A stretch of DNA of 64,000 bases from Eledone cirrhosa (lineage: Eukaryota), in assembly GCA_964016885.1 (NCBI GenBank), contig OZ024747.1:60078001-60142000 (forward strand), written 5' to 3'. The notes under the pieces were generated by a model. The model was not told the origin of the DNA and made no database searches. It was given only the letters and a program-made list of their open reading frames with translations. Each line of letters starts with the position of its first letter. The first letter of the stretch is position 1. Below, in pieces: positions 1 to 12,186 of the stretch. Both the position numbers and the translations under genes were made by a program.

Positions 1-999
1 ACTTTACTTACTCATGACTTCATTCAATCTCATTATTACAAACATAAATAATTCTTTGATTCTAAAAATAACAATGAAAGAAGCCCAACTATTTGTATTT
101 TTGTTGTTAATGTTGCTGTTGTTAATCATTTTGCTACAAAACAGCCTCAAATTACCCCTCATTCTGCAATATTAAAATTTATCTAAATATGCTCACTCAT
201 AATTTTATGTGAAAACCTTTGTTAACATATGCTCCAAACACCAGTTTAATAATGAGGAAATTATTTTACTAAATCTCTTTAAATTCTTGATTGTTTTATA
301 AATTAATTGAAAACCATAAACATGGTTTTCATTTGAAATATCACAATAAATGAGTTAAGTTCAATAAAAGATAAATCCTCATCAATGAAACTTATGGAGG
401 ATCCATCATTGTACTAACACTTCACTGTTGTTCCTAATCCCAGAAAACCTCAGACCAGACTGCAGCATATGTTCAGTTATTTCTTGTATCATCTGGGATA
501 TGTCTTCCCTTAATATGGCCTCCAAATGTTGTGTAGATGGTGGGGTGTTTAGGACATTCTCATTGTGACAAGCAATTCACTGTTGAAATCATTCTGCAAA
601 ATACTTCTACTTCTCTTGCTGTTGGCACTTCATTGGGTTCTATTTTTAAAACATCTGAAGATCAGCTTAAGGAAACTATGTTTCCCTTGGTCTTTCCATT
701 GCTGATGCTATCTACTGGTTGCAACCCCTTGACAGAAGGAGATGAGATTTGAACACAGAATGTTCAGATAGAATTAAGCTAGATGCAACAAAGTTTTCTG
801 TCTGATTCTAACAATTCTGTTAATCTACCACCCCTAGACCAGTAATTTATCAACCTTGACAGGATAAAAGGCAAAGCTAAATATGGCAGGAATTGAACAC
901 AGTGTGGAATGAACCAGAATTAATGCCACAGCATTTACTCCTATGTTCTAACAATTCTGCCAAGTTCTATTTAATGTTTAATTATTATTATTATTATTT

Positions 1000-1435
1000 C
1001 CATTATTTTTATTATGCATCATTACTGCTTTACCGAGCACCTTGGTATGAGCAGTGTAGTTTTTACTGATGTTGTTTCTGTTGTATTGGTAGTACTTTTT
1101 GTAATATGTGTGCAGTGTCTAGTAGTGCTATCTTTTTTATGCTGTATATATTTGTAAGTCCTGGGGTTTTGGTTATGTATTTGTCTGTGTGTGTTTTTTT
1201 TTATCATTCCTACAGCACCTATTATTATAGGTAGTGTTTCTGTTTTTATTTTCCTCATTCGAATTATTTCTATCTCTAGATCTTTATATTTGGAGAGTTT
1301 CTCTATTTCCTTGGAAGATATATTGTCGTCTGTGGGGATTGATACATCTATTAGAAAGCTTTTTTTTCTTTTTGTGGTCTTTGACTTTAATATCGGGTTA
1401 GTTGGCTCTCTCTGTATGTATTGGCATATCCCATT
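1000..1435 (-). mobile_element. 3' end of R4/Dong-clade non-LTR retrotransposon (restriction-like endonuclease domain), 5'-truncated and frameshifted
   Basis: The - strand encodes ...ANQPD...FLIDVSIPTDDNISSKEIEKLSKYKDLEIEIIRM..TLPIIIGAVGMIKK, the PD-(D/E)xK RLE signature with KxxKY. It is flanked by (TAA)n tracts at about 980-998 and 1438-1481. Confidence 0.85.
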
Positions 1436-1481
1436 AATAATATTATTATTATTATTATTATTATCATTATTATTATTATTA

Positions 1482-2845
1482 TATGTATACAGATTTGATT
1501 CCCACAAAGGCATGTTAGACTCCATCACATTAATAACACAGTTTGCTATCCCAAACATTTCAGTGCCTATGCATATGGGAATATGTCAAAGGCTTTCTTA
1601 AAGTCTATCCAAGCCATACATAATTTATTTAGACATCTTTTGCAGTTATTCATGATGATCTTGTCAACAACAAGATAGTCTTTGGTTCCCTGAAAATTTT
1701 TCATACACCCTTTCTGCTCAACAGGTAAGATCTCATTCTGAAGCAAGTGATCATACACTTCTGCAGCAAAAATGCCAGCCAACAGCTTCCAAAGCAAATT
1801 CCCACAAGCAATTGGCCTATAATTTCCAACTCACGGACCTTTCCTTTTATCCTTCATTATCAAAGCTCTCTTTCCATCAACAATTCAACTTGTACTACAT
1901 AATCATTTCAATACTTCCTTAGCCTTGAATGAACACTTTTGAATCTTTTCAATCAGAATCCTTGGATTCCATCCGGTCTAGAAGATTTCCAGTTTAACAT
2001 CTCCCTATCTTGCTCTTGAACGTCTTCCTTTGAAATTCTTTCCCATTTCTGTTTTGGCTCATTAGATAACTTATGCTCAACTTCAATGGTCCATCTTACA
2101 TCTACGTTATTCTCTTTTGCAATTTCTCACAGATTTGACAAAAATTCTGTGGATTCTTCAGCATAGGTGCAATTTCTGCATTATTTTCCCCTGACAGTGT
2201 TCTTAAGAAGATTTTCTCACTTGCAGAGAGCAATCTGTTCTATTCATATTGTTTTTGTCTATTTGTATAGCGCCAACCTAATTAGATTTTACATTAATTC
2301 ACTTCTTCCATCACTACATTCAAACCTTTCAACTTTATTTTATACCTCATGTTTATACACAGCTTCTTCCCCGCTTTGACCTTCTTCCGTTTTCCTCTAT
2401 TCCATACACCTATTTTACCTAGATCTTTTCTGAGCTGAATTGTATCACCTTCCAATCTTATCTTCTACCAGAGTTCCTTACATTTCTTCCTTTCAGTTTG
2501 CTTAATACCTAATCACTCACCAGAAACCCTGCAGCACTAATTAACTTAAGTCATTGATGCCATTAGTTTCTATTTACATCATTGCACTCTTTACTTTGAT
2601 TGTTTCAGTTGCTAAATGACTTCTCTTTATATTCTGAAGATTCAATCTTATTGAATCCAGGATCATTAAACACATCCCTCAATCTTTTGATGATCAATCT
2701 TCTTTCTTCCTTTTCTTCATTTTCATTTACACTTTCTATGTCTACATCACCAGTCACTTGATTTTCCACTCCCTCCACATTTAGTGGTTCATCAGTTTCT
2801 CCCTTATTTTGGTGGACTAATTCTTCCTCAGTTCATTTTCATTAT
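1482..2845 (-). mobile_element. Degenerate R4/Dong-clade reverse transcriptase fragment (pseudogene)
   Basis: ORF 1567-1797 reads LWKLLAGIFAAEVYDHLLQNEILPVEQKGC..GTKDYLVVDKIIM..LCMAWIDFKKAFD, matching RT motifs 0-3 of the R4 clade. A frameshifted NYRP-like motif lies just upstream, and upstream frames contain many stops. Confidence 0.8.
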
Positions 2846-2849
2846 GATC

Positions 2850-2975
2850 TCTATGTTTGAGTTTAAATCCTGCCAAGGTTAACTTTGCCTTTCATCCTTA
2901 CAGGGTCGATAAAATAAAGTACCAGTAATGCACTGGGTATTTGCTGGCTTTGTGCCTAAAGTAGAAACAATTATT
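2850..2975 (+). mobile_element. tRNA-derived SINE fragment (family A)
   Basis: Contains gagtttaaatcctgccaaggttaactttgcctttcatccttacagggtcgataaaataaagtaccag, the core shared by more than 10 copies in this window. Confidence 0.8.
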
Positions 2976-3219
2976 TGTAATACTGTTGTTCTGGCAGATA
3001 TTAAACTGACACTCTACCAAAAGAGCGAGCCATAGCTAATGGCCTAAGGCCCTTTGGGTCATTCTTTCTCCTTCAACTTTCTAACACCCCCCCCCCCCTC
3101 AGAATGTCGCTGTTCTTAGAAAGGCTGTTTTCTGCAACAATTCCATCCTGGTGATAATTCCTATCTTCTCAAGCTATGCATTTAACCTTTTACTAATTGT
3201 TCCCAGTGTGTACCACTTA

Positions 3220-3750
3220 GGGCGGTGGATTGGCAGTATTGGTAAAGCGTCAGACACCATGTTTGTAGCATATGGTTATGGCTCTTTATGTTCTGAGTTC
3301 AAATCCTGCCAAGTTTAACTTTCCCTTTCATCCTTACGGCATCGATAAAAATAAAGTACCACTAATACACTGGGGTCGATTTAATCAACTTTCCCCTTCC
3401 CTGCAAATTGCTGGCCTTGTGCCTATAGTAGAAATTGTTAATCCCGCCGAGGTTAACTTTGCCTTTCATCCTTACGGGGTCGATAAAATAAAGTACCAGT
3501 AATACACTGGGATAATTGCTGGCCTTTGCCAAAAGTAGAAACAATTATTATTTATAACAATGCCTCTAGGTCAACAATTTGAGGGAAGTGGAAAGTCAGT
3601 TAAAATGACCTCAGTCATACCAACTGGTACTTGATTTTATCAACCCTGGAAGGATGAAAGGCAAAGTTGACTTTGGTGGGATTTGAACTCAGGATGTAGA
3701 ATGTCATAACTAAATACCACAAAACATTTTCTACAATGCTCTCCTGATTC
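3220..3750. mobile_element. Cluster of family A SINEs (+ strand copy with duplicated core 3220-3550; - strand copy about 3560-3750)
   Basis: A-box-like tggcagtattggta, B-box gagttcaaatcc, two conserved cores and an (ATT)n tail. A reverse-complement core lies at 3620-3692. Confidence 0.8.
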
Positions 3751-4034
3751 TGTCGATCCACCCACGATGATGTTGATAATGATGATAATGGTTTCTGATT
3801 TAGATAAAAGGCCAACAATTTTATGTGAGATGAAATTCGATTTAATCGACCCCAGTTTGTTACTGGTAAAATAAAATATATGCTGTAAAGTGGTTGGCAT
3901 TAGAAAGGGTGTCCAACTGTTGAAACCGAACCAAAAATGAAACATATGAGGTAAACATGGTCACATGACTAGTCTAACGATAATTTTTGACAACCAATCT
4001 ATCTCATGCTTGTATAGAAAATAGACGTTGAATT

Positions 4035-4488
4035 GTGATGATGATGGTGATGATAGAGATGATGGTACTTGATGGAGATGTTGATGAACATGATAGTGAT
4101 GGTTAAGATGATGATGATGGAGATGTTGATGAAGATGATGGTGATGGTGACGATGGTGATTGTGATGATGGTGATGATGATGGTGATTGAGATGATGGCG
4201 ATGGTGACGATGGTGAGGGTGATAGTGATGATGATGGTGATGATAGAGATGTTGATGATGGTGATGGTTAAGATGATGATGATGGAGATGTTGATGAAGA
4301 TGATGGTGATGGTGACGATGGTGATTGTGATGATGGTGATTGTGATGATGGTGATAGTAATGAGGGTGATAGTGATGATGATGGTGAGGGTGATAGTGGT
4401 AATGGTAACGATGATGATGGTTAAGATGATGATGCTGGCGATGGTGATGACGATGATGATGATGATGATGGTGGTGATGACGATGACA
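4035..4488. repeat. Degenerate (GAT/GGT)n trinucleotide microsatellite
   Basis: Seen directly; it produces the spurious poly-Met/Val ORF. Confidence 0.95.
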
Positions 4489-4544
4489 ATCTCATTTCTT
4501 ATTTCTGCTTTAGCTTCATGTTATTTTTTACTTTCTGAAAGTCA

Positions 4545-5632
4545 ACAACCAGTTTTAACAACCAGTTTTAACAGCATTAGAAGTTAGTCAAGTTAAAAAT
4601 CTGTTATTCAACTAAGTGGTAATAACAACAACCAGTTTTAGCAGCATTAGAAGTTAGTCAAGTTAAAAATCTGTTATTCAACTAAGTGGTAATAACAACA
4701 ACCAGTTTTAACAGCATTAGAAGTTAGTCAAGTTAAAAATCTGTTATTGAACTAAGTGGTAATAACAACAACCAGTTTTAACAGCATTAGAAGTTCGTCA
4801 AGTTAAAAATCTGTTATTGAACTAAGTGGTAATAACAACAACCAGTTTTAGCAGCATTAGAAGTTAGTCAAGTTAAAAATCTGTTATTCAACTAAGTGGT
4901 AATAACAACAACCAGTTTTAGCAGCATTAGAAGTTAGTCAAGTTAAAAATCTGTTATTGAACTAAGTGGTAATAACAACAACCAGTTTTAGCAGCATTAG
5001 AAGTTAGTCAAGTTAAAAATCTGTTATTGAACTAAGTGGTAATAACAACAACCAGTTTTAGCAGCATTAGAAGTTAGTCAAGTTAAAAATCTGTTATTGA
5101 ACTAAGTGGTAATAACAACAACCAGTTTTAGCAGCATTAGAAGTTAGTCAAGTTAAAAATCTGTTATTGAACTAAGTGGTAATAACAACAACCAGTTTTA
5201 GCAGCATTAGAAGTTAGTCAAGTTAAAAATCTGTTATTGAACTAAGTGGTAATAACAACAACCAGTTTTAGCAGCATTAGAAGTTAGTCAAGTTAAAAAT
5301 CTGTTATTGAACTAAGTGGTAATAACAACAACCAGTTTTAGCAGCATTAGAAGTTAGTCAAGTTAAAAATCTGTTATTGAACTAAGTGGTAATAACAACA
5401 ACCAGTTTTAGCAGCATTAGAAGTTAGTCAAGTTAAAAATCTGTTATTGAACTAAGTGGTAATAACAACAACCAGTTTTAGCAGCATTAGAAGTTAGTCA
5501 AGTTAAAAATCTGTTATTGAACTAAGTGGTAATAACAACAACCAGTTTTAGCAGCATTAGAAGTTCGTCAAGTTAAAAATCTGTTATTCAACTAAGTGGT
5601 AATAAGAACAACCAGTTTTAACAGCATTAGAA
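4545..5632. repeat. 70-bp minisatellite, about 15 near-identical copies
   Basis: Unit accagttttagcagcattagaagttagtcaagttaaaaatctgttattgaactaagtggtaataacaaca repeats head to tail. Confidence 0.97.
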
Positions 5633-5782
5633 AGATAAAAACAGAATGACATTTTGTTTTTCACAATTAATTCATCATATTGTAGAAGAGAAATACCTTA
5701 CAACAAGGTTAACCTATTTAATTTATTTAACATATATAATTTTTCTTTGTGATAATCTTGTTAGATTAGTCTTGATAGAACT

Positions 5783-6536
5783 GTGATGATGGTGGTAATG
5801 GTGGGGATGGTGGTAGTGGTGATGGTGGTGGTGATGTTAATGATGATGATGATGATGGCGATGGTAAAGTTGATGATGATGATGGTGATGGTAAAGTTGA
5901 TGATGATAATGGTGATGATAATGGTGGTATTGGTGATGATGATGGTGGTGATGGTAATGATGATGATGATGGTGGTGATGGTAATGATGATGATCGTGAT
6001 GGTAATGATGATGATGGTGATGGCGGTGATGGTGATGGTAATGATGATGATGATGATGGTGATGATGGTGATGATAAGGAGAATGATGGTGATGGTGGTG
6101 GTAATGATGATGATGGTGATGGTAATGGTGATGGTGGTATTGCAGATGGTGGTGATGATAATGGTGATGGTGATTATGATAAGGATGATGATAACTGTAA
6201 TGAAAAGGGTGATGATAATCTCAATGGTGATAATGATAGTGATGGTGATGGTGTTGATAATGGTGATGATGTTGATGACAATGGTGATGATGATGATGAC
6301 AATGGTGATGATGATGATGATGATGATAATGGTGATAATGTTGATAATGGTTATGTTAATGTTGATGATGACAATGGTAATGACAAAGATGTTGATGATA
6401 ATGTTGATGATCATAATAGTGATGATGATCATCATAATAGTGATGATGATGACGATAATGGTGATGATGGCAATGGTGATGACAAAGATGATGATGACAA
6501 TGATGATGATGACGGTAATGTCAGTGGTAATGACAA
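5783..6536. repeat. Degenerate (GAT/GGT/AAT)n microsatellite
   Basis: Seen directly. Confidence 0.95.
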
Positions 6537-6896
6537 TGCAGCAGCATTAGTTAAACTGGTTTTATTTATCAGTTTAATTTTAATGTTACCTTAAATTAAA
6601 TGCAATTACATTGTGAGTGTAATTTAAACCATCTAAAACATAGAGAGACATTGTTTGTTTACTTTTCATTGATTTTATTATTATTATTATTATTATTATT
6701 TTTCGCAACGCGTAACGCTCGGAGGTTTCCCCCCTATTGGGGAATTTTTCTTTGTTTCAATTTTCATTTTTATTGTTTATATATATGTTTCTATGTCTTT
6801 TTTTTTCTTTTCTTATATAAATAATAAAAATCTTTACACACACAAAACCCACATCATGCAGTCCTGTACCGTCCTGTGCCGTCTGTAACGTTTTTG

Positions 6897-7095
6897 TGGC
6901 CAGAATTGGCAGTATCGGTAGAGGGTCAGACGCAATGCTTTCTAGCATAGGGTTGCATCCCTTTATGATCTGAGTTCAAATCCCGCCGAGGTTAACTTTG
7001 CCTTTCATCCTTACGGGGTCGATAAAATAAAGTACCAGTAATGTATTGGTTAATTGCTGGCCTTGTGCCAAAAAGTAGAAACAATTATTATTATA
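6897..7095 (+). mobile_element. Family A SINE, near full length
   Basis: A box (tggcagtatcggtag), B box (gagttcaaatccc), conserved core and (ATT)n tail. Confidence 0.85.
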
Positions 7096-7175
7096 ATTTA
7101 AGTGATTTAAACCATCTAAAACATAGAAAGACATTGTTTGTTTACTTTTCATTGATTTTATTATTATTATTATTA

Positions 7176-7545
7176 TGTTAACTTCGGTCTTCCTCTTCCG
7201 GTGTGTCCATGCAGGGGCTCCCACAGGAGCACTGAGTGCAGTGTCAACTCTGGATGGGATGTCGATGAGCATGTCCAGCTAACCTCAGTCTCCTCTGTGT
7301 CACTTTTGAGCTGACTTTTGGGAGGCTCCCGTACAGCTCCGAGTTCTTCATCCTCAGTGTATACTGATTAATGTTCAGAGCCATCCTCAGCACTCTCGTT
7401 AACATATGTTGATGCCCTAAGGACAGACAGTGGTATGTTGGAGACGCAGGACATGGCAGCGATAATGAGGGACAGAGACAACTGCAGAGAACTCGTCCAT
7501 GGATCTCGGGAATTTTACCCGCCCTAGATAGAGATAGATAGATTA
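7176..7545. mobile_element. 3' fragment of RTE/L2-like LINE with an inverted 5' segment
   Basis: The - strand at 7176-7405 encodes RMALNI..ELYGSLPKVSSKVTQRRLRLAGH...GRGRPKLT. The + strand at 7398-7527 continues LTYVDALRTDSGMLETQDMAAIMRDRDNCRELV..*, followed by a (GATA)n tail. Confidence 0.8.
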
Positions 7546-8039
7546 TTATTATTACAAGCAGAAAAACCACCATTCGTGTAGTGTGCATATTGATATTATA
7601 CGCAAGTATATATGTATGTAGATATGTTACATCAAATGAAATTGTAATTGACAATATACACAGAAATTGAACGAAGACTGTGTTACACTGTCTTATGTAA
7701 TCAGTAACGTAATCCATGATACATTAAAAAAAGACGATATTATATATAAACTGCATTAGGAGAAAATTAGTGACAGAAATACATGAATATTTATTTAGGC
7801 GATCGCTAACCTGAAGTGTTGATATTTGAAAATTTTAAAGAAGTGAATCTTTAAATAAGTAATAAAATATATTTAATCAACAGCTGCGAAATTTAGTTGA
7901 TAAATTATGTAATATTCATTCATTATATATTCAAAGTAATCCAACTTATTTTAATAACTGGATTAAAAGAAATAAACTGTACGCAGTCCTGCACTCCTTA
8001 CTTTATTATAGTTAGATTATTATTATTATTATTGTTATT

Positions 8040-8440
8040 TGGACAGCATGCTTTACAGCATAGAGTTACAGCACTTTATATTCAGAGTTCAAATCCTGCC
8101 AGGGTTAACTTTGCCTTTCATCCTTACAGGGTCGATAAAATAAAGTACCAGTCACACACTGGAGCCGGTTTAATTGACTTTCTCCTCTCCCAAAATTGCT
8201 GGCCTTGTGCCTATATAAGAAACCATTGTTATTATTATTTGGATACTATGCTTTACAGCATATAGTTACAGTATATAGTTACATAGTTATATTCTGAGTT
8301 CAAATCCTGACAAGGTTAGCTTTGCATCTCATCCTTACATTGTCGATAAAATAAAGTACCAGTAATGCACTGGAGGTGATTTAATCGATTTTCCCCTCCC
8401 CCAGATTGCTGGCCATGCAGCTATAGCAGAAATCGTTATA
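8040..8440 (+). mobile_element. Two tandem 5'-truncated family A SINEs
   Basis: B box plus conserved core at about 8084-8155 and about 8294-8370. Confidence 0.8.
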
Positions 8441-8525
8441 TTTCATTAATAAATTAAACACAGTAAATAGACTTGAAACAGCTCAAATCTAAATCTGCAT
8501 GTATTTCTTAATTTCTAAATGTTAC

Positions 8526-8536
8526 CTGTCCTCCAT
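8526..8536 (-). CDS. Candidate short first coding exon (M-E-D-, phase 2) of an unidentified host gene
   Basis: The - strand reads aaaaATGGAGGACAG|gtaac in non-repetitive sequence. Very short, so a chance match is possible. Confidence 0.2.
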
Positions 8537-8799
8537 TTTTATTTTAAAATGTTGTTTCTGGGGAACAATATAATCCCTATAACATTGCATATTTATTTCT
8601 GTTTATCTGGAACGATGGAACAATTATAGCCACTAGAAAACTCCAGCTTCCATTCTTCTGGAAACCTTTTGGGAAAAAGGAAGAAAAAATAACACTATAC
8701 AAAAAGTGAAACTAAATTTCAATTTCCTTACATAAGACACCTTACATATCTAGCTTTCTATCTACACAAATCTCTCTCTATTTATGGGTATATATATAA

Positions 8800-8875
<76 letters not shown>

Positions 8876-9592
8876 ATTGCTCATATTAATCTTTTGATGT
8901 TGTTACATAAATCATTCTCAATCCAGTTATTCATAAAAGCAAAAGTGTGTTTCTGTTTGCATTTAACAGAATAATCTGCCTCAGCTTGTTTAGTACGAGG
9001 ACTGTATAGGTATGGATATGGAACTGGGTGTGAGTGGGTAGGTATTGATTATGGGAGAGAGAGAGAGAGAAGCAATGCATGCATGTGCAAACGCTTGACT
9101 TGTCTGTCTTTGGAAATATTTCTACAGATTCGGTCCTTTGTGTGCTGGCATCAAAGGGAAGTTGTGTTTGCAGGAAATGATTGCTTCGTCAATGACTGGC
9201 TTTAAGATTCCTTTTAGTTAATTGAGCTAACCTATAAAAGCAGTCTTTCACTCCATCTACTTTTGGATGTTGTATGGAGGCTAAAATAAGAATGCTTTTG
9301 CAGAAATATCTTCATTGTCCTCAACTAGCATAAAAACTGGATAATTACAGCTCAATTCTTTCATATACCCCAAAATTCAATGACACCTGCTGATACTGTT
9401 TATTTTTAAGATCCTAATTATTCTCGTTTTTCAGAATATTTGTGGATATGCTTGTGAGGGTGTGTCTGTAGGTAGGTGTGTGTATGTATGTGTGTGTGTG
9501 TGTGTGCATGTCTGTGTTTGAGAATATGGATATGTGCCTATGTCTATATATCTATATTTATGTGAATATATATATGTGTGTGTATATATATA

Positions 9593-9625
<33 letters not shown>

Positions 9626-9747
9626 GTGTGTATTTATAAATGTGTGTGTATTTATAAATGTGTGTGTATATATATATATATATATGTATATGTATTTATA
9701 TGTAATTTATATGTATATATATGTGTATATATATGTATGCATGCATG

Positions 9748-9793
<46 letters not shown>

Positions 9794-9806
9794 GTGTATT
9801 TATAAA

Positions 9807-9849
<43 letters not shown>

Positions 9850-10254
9850 GTATTTATATGTAATTTATATGTATATATATGTGTGTATATATATGTATGC
9901 ATGCATGCATGTATGTATATATATAAATAAATAAATAAAGGAAAACGAGGAAGTTTCATTTGCATGTAGTTAGTATTTTCATTGTGTATTGACCTATTAT
10001 GAGCATTTCACAGAGGATTGAACCCGATTCCATTATCAATCTGCTCATCGGACCATTTGGTGGATGATAAGTGTAAGAAATGTGTGATTGTCTGGGATAG
10101 GAATATCTTTTAATGAATGGAAACTTCTCCTTGGTACTCAACACTCAGCACTCAACTGTGTATATGTATTTGTGTGTGTGTTTATATATATAATATATAT
10201 ATATATATAGTGACGAAATATAAGTCAATTGCATGAACTCATAATCCTTTATTT

Positions 10255-10310
10255 ACTGCTATATATATTTCGATGATAGCCATTGAATGGCTATGACCTC
10301 ATCAGGCAGT
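10255..10310 (-). ncRNA. Type I hammerhead ribozyme (Penelope-like terminal repeat)
   Basis: The - strand reads actgc-CUGAUGA-ggucauagcca/uucaa/uggcuaucauc-GAAA-uauaua-UA-gcagu. Stem I is actgc/gcagt, the core is canonical, stem III is a minimal palindrome, and AATAAA follows immediately. Confidence 0.85.
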
Positions 10311-11450
10311 TAGTCAGTTATTAGATATGCCAGCTCTGTGTTTATGGTGTTGATGGTATCAGAGCCTTGGGACATATGAGCTTGTTAGGAATAATTTAAT
10401 GTTGTCAGCAGGAATAGTCTTGATTCTCATTGGTCAGTTTGTAGATGCTAGTAGGGTTGGTATTTGACGTCAAAGAGGCAGCTGGTGTTGTAAAGGCAAG
10501 ATGAAAATGGTTCCATATGACTGATTTTCACAAAAAGCATTCCTGGTCAGATATATATTCAATTAAGGTCAATAGTATGAAATAAATACTACAGGTCATT
10601 CTTAAATTGAGGAATTTATGTGGAGTAGTGCTACTGAAAATTATGGTTAGAGTAGAAAATTTACAAATAAAAAGACTTATGTAGGTTGGATTGTACATAC
10701 ACTCACACCCACCACCACAGACACACACACACATCCACACATACAAATTGAGGAATTAATATTTGTATATATTTATATATATATATATATATATATCATC
10801 ATCATTTCATTTTACGTCCACTTTTCCCTGGGTGGGACGGGAACTGATGCTGGCTTGATTTCTACAGCTGGATGCCCTTCATAACACCAACCTCATTTAC
10901 AGTGAGTGCTGGGTGCTTTTTTGCCATGACCACTTTGCAGTGGAATGATATGGACCCTAGTCCTATCATCTCATTTCTACAGCTGAGTAAACTGGAGCAC
11001 TGTGAAATAAAGTGTCTTGTATTTTTAACTCTGATACTGGTTCAGTCTAGTTCAACCGGATTGGTCTGTCCCAGTCATTCATTGAGCAACATCGGTGAAG
11101 TTGGCACCCTTAACTCACGGTTGGGTGCGGATGCATTCATGTATATGTGTGTGTCCGCATGTATCTGTGTGTTTCTAAATATATTGTTAATAACTCCCTC
11201 TGGTCGAGCAATCTTTGAAGTGTGGGGACTGCTGGAAAGCTTCCATTACTCATACTTCTCGCCCCCTTCACCACCTCTTCTACAGCTTCGATATAAATAC
11301 CCCCTCCGCCTCCGTGGTATTTTCTTCGGGGTTATAAGAGGCTTAGCTCTGTTTCTCGACCGTTATATCGCGTGACTATCTCCCCCTCCGCCTTTTGGGA
11401 TTCTTTCTCACGTCGTGTAGACGCGTTCTTGAAGCTAGTAAAACGAGGTA

Positions 11451-11540
11451 TCCTCTTGATAAGTCGGCAGACCTCGCAAGGACTCTATATCTTTATGATG
11501 TATTGTTTTTGTTTATGCCACGAAACTACGTAGTCGAGGA
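11451..11540 (+). ncRNA. Type I hammerhead ribozyme, U3-A8 core variant
   Basis: Reads uccuc-UUGAUAA-gucggca...ugccac-GAAA-cuacguag-UC-gagga. Stem I has 5 bp, stem III is the palindrome ACTACGTAGT, and the cleavage triplet is GUC. Confidence 0.75.
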
Positions 11541-11609
11541 ATCTAGGAGCAGTTTAGGTATGATACATTTTATTACTAATTATATCTAAATGTTTCTTCT
11601 CTCTTCATA

Positions 11610-11648
<39 letters not shown>

Positions 11649-11649
<1 letters not shown>

Positions 11650-12186
11650 GAGGGGGCTTCAAAAAGTGTGTGGGAAAAGTACATAGCTAAAAGTCATATG
11701 TAGGGATTTTAATCTCAATGCACCTGTACGTTATCGAACTAACATGTCATAACATGTTCTAACATGAACCCTTAAATGCATGTTGTAATGTGGCACCACC
11801 AGTCAGAAGTCAGCACCCATTCAAACAACATGGCCTCCATTAAAACATCAAATTCATGGTGAAGCTAAGGTGGAAGAGCAGCCAATTCATTGACACTCTA
11901 GAGCAAGTTTATGGATACAATGTCCCAAAGAGATCAACAAACTACAAATGGATAAGTCGTTTTAGAAGTGGAAGAGATGAGGTTGAGGATGATCTCCAGT
12001 TGAAGATGTAAAAAAATCTGGTTTAAAATCGCATGGCCCTCAGTTTTACACAGATGGAATTAAAGGCTGGTATCAATGCTTGCAGAAGTGTCTTGACCTA
12101 GTGGGAGTGTGTGTTGAAAAATAAACATCATAACTTCAATTGTCTTTTCCAACTGTCCTTTGCCATGAACGTTTTGAAGCCCACTC

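Noticed and set aside
650-690. CTGAAGA..GAAA motif
   Set aside because: No proper stem II or NUH/stem III geometry.
4069-6550. Poly-Met/Val and poly-Ile/Thr ORFs
   Set aside because: (GAT/GGT)n repeat artefacts.
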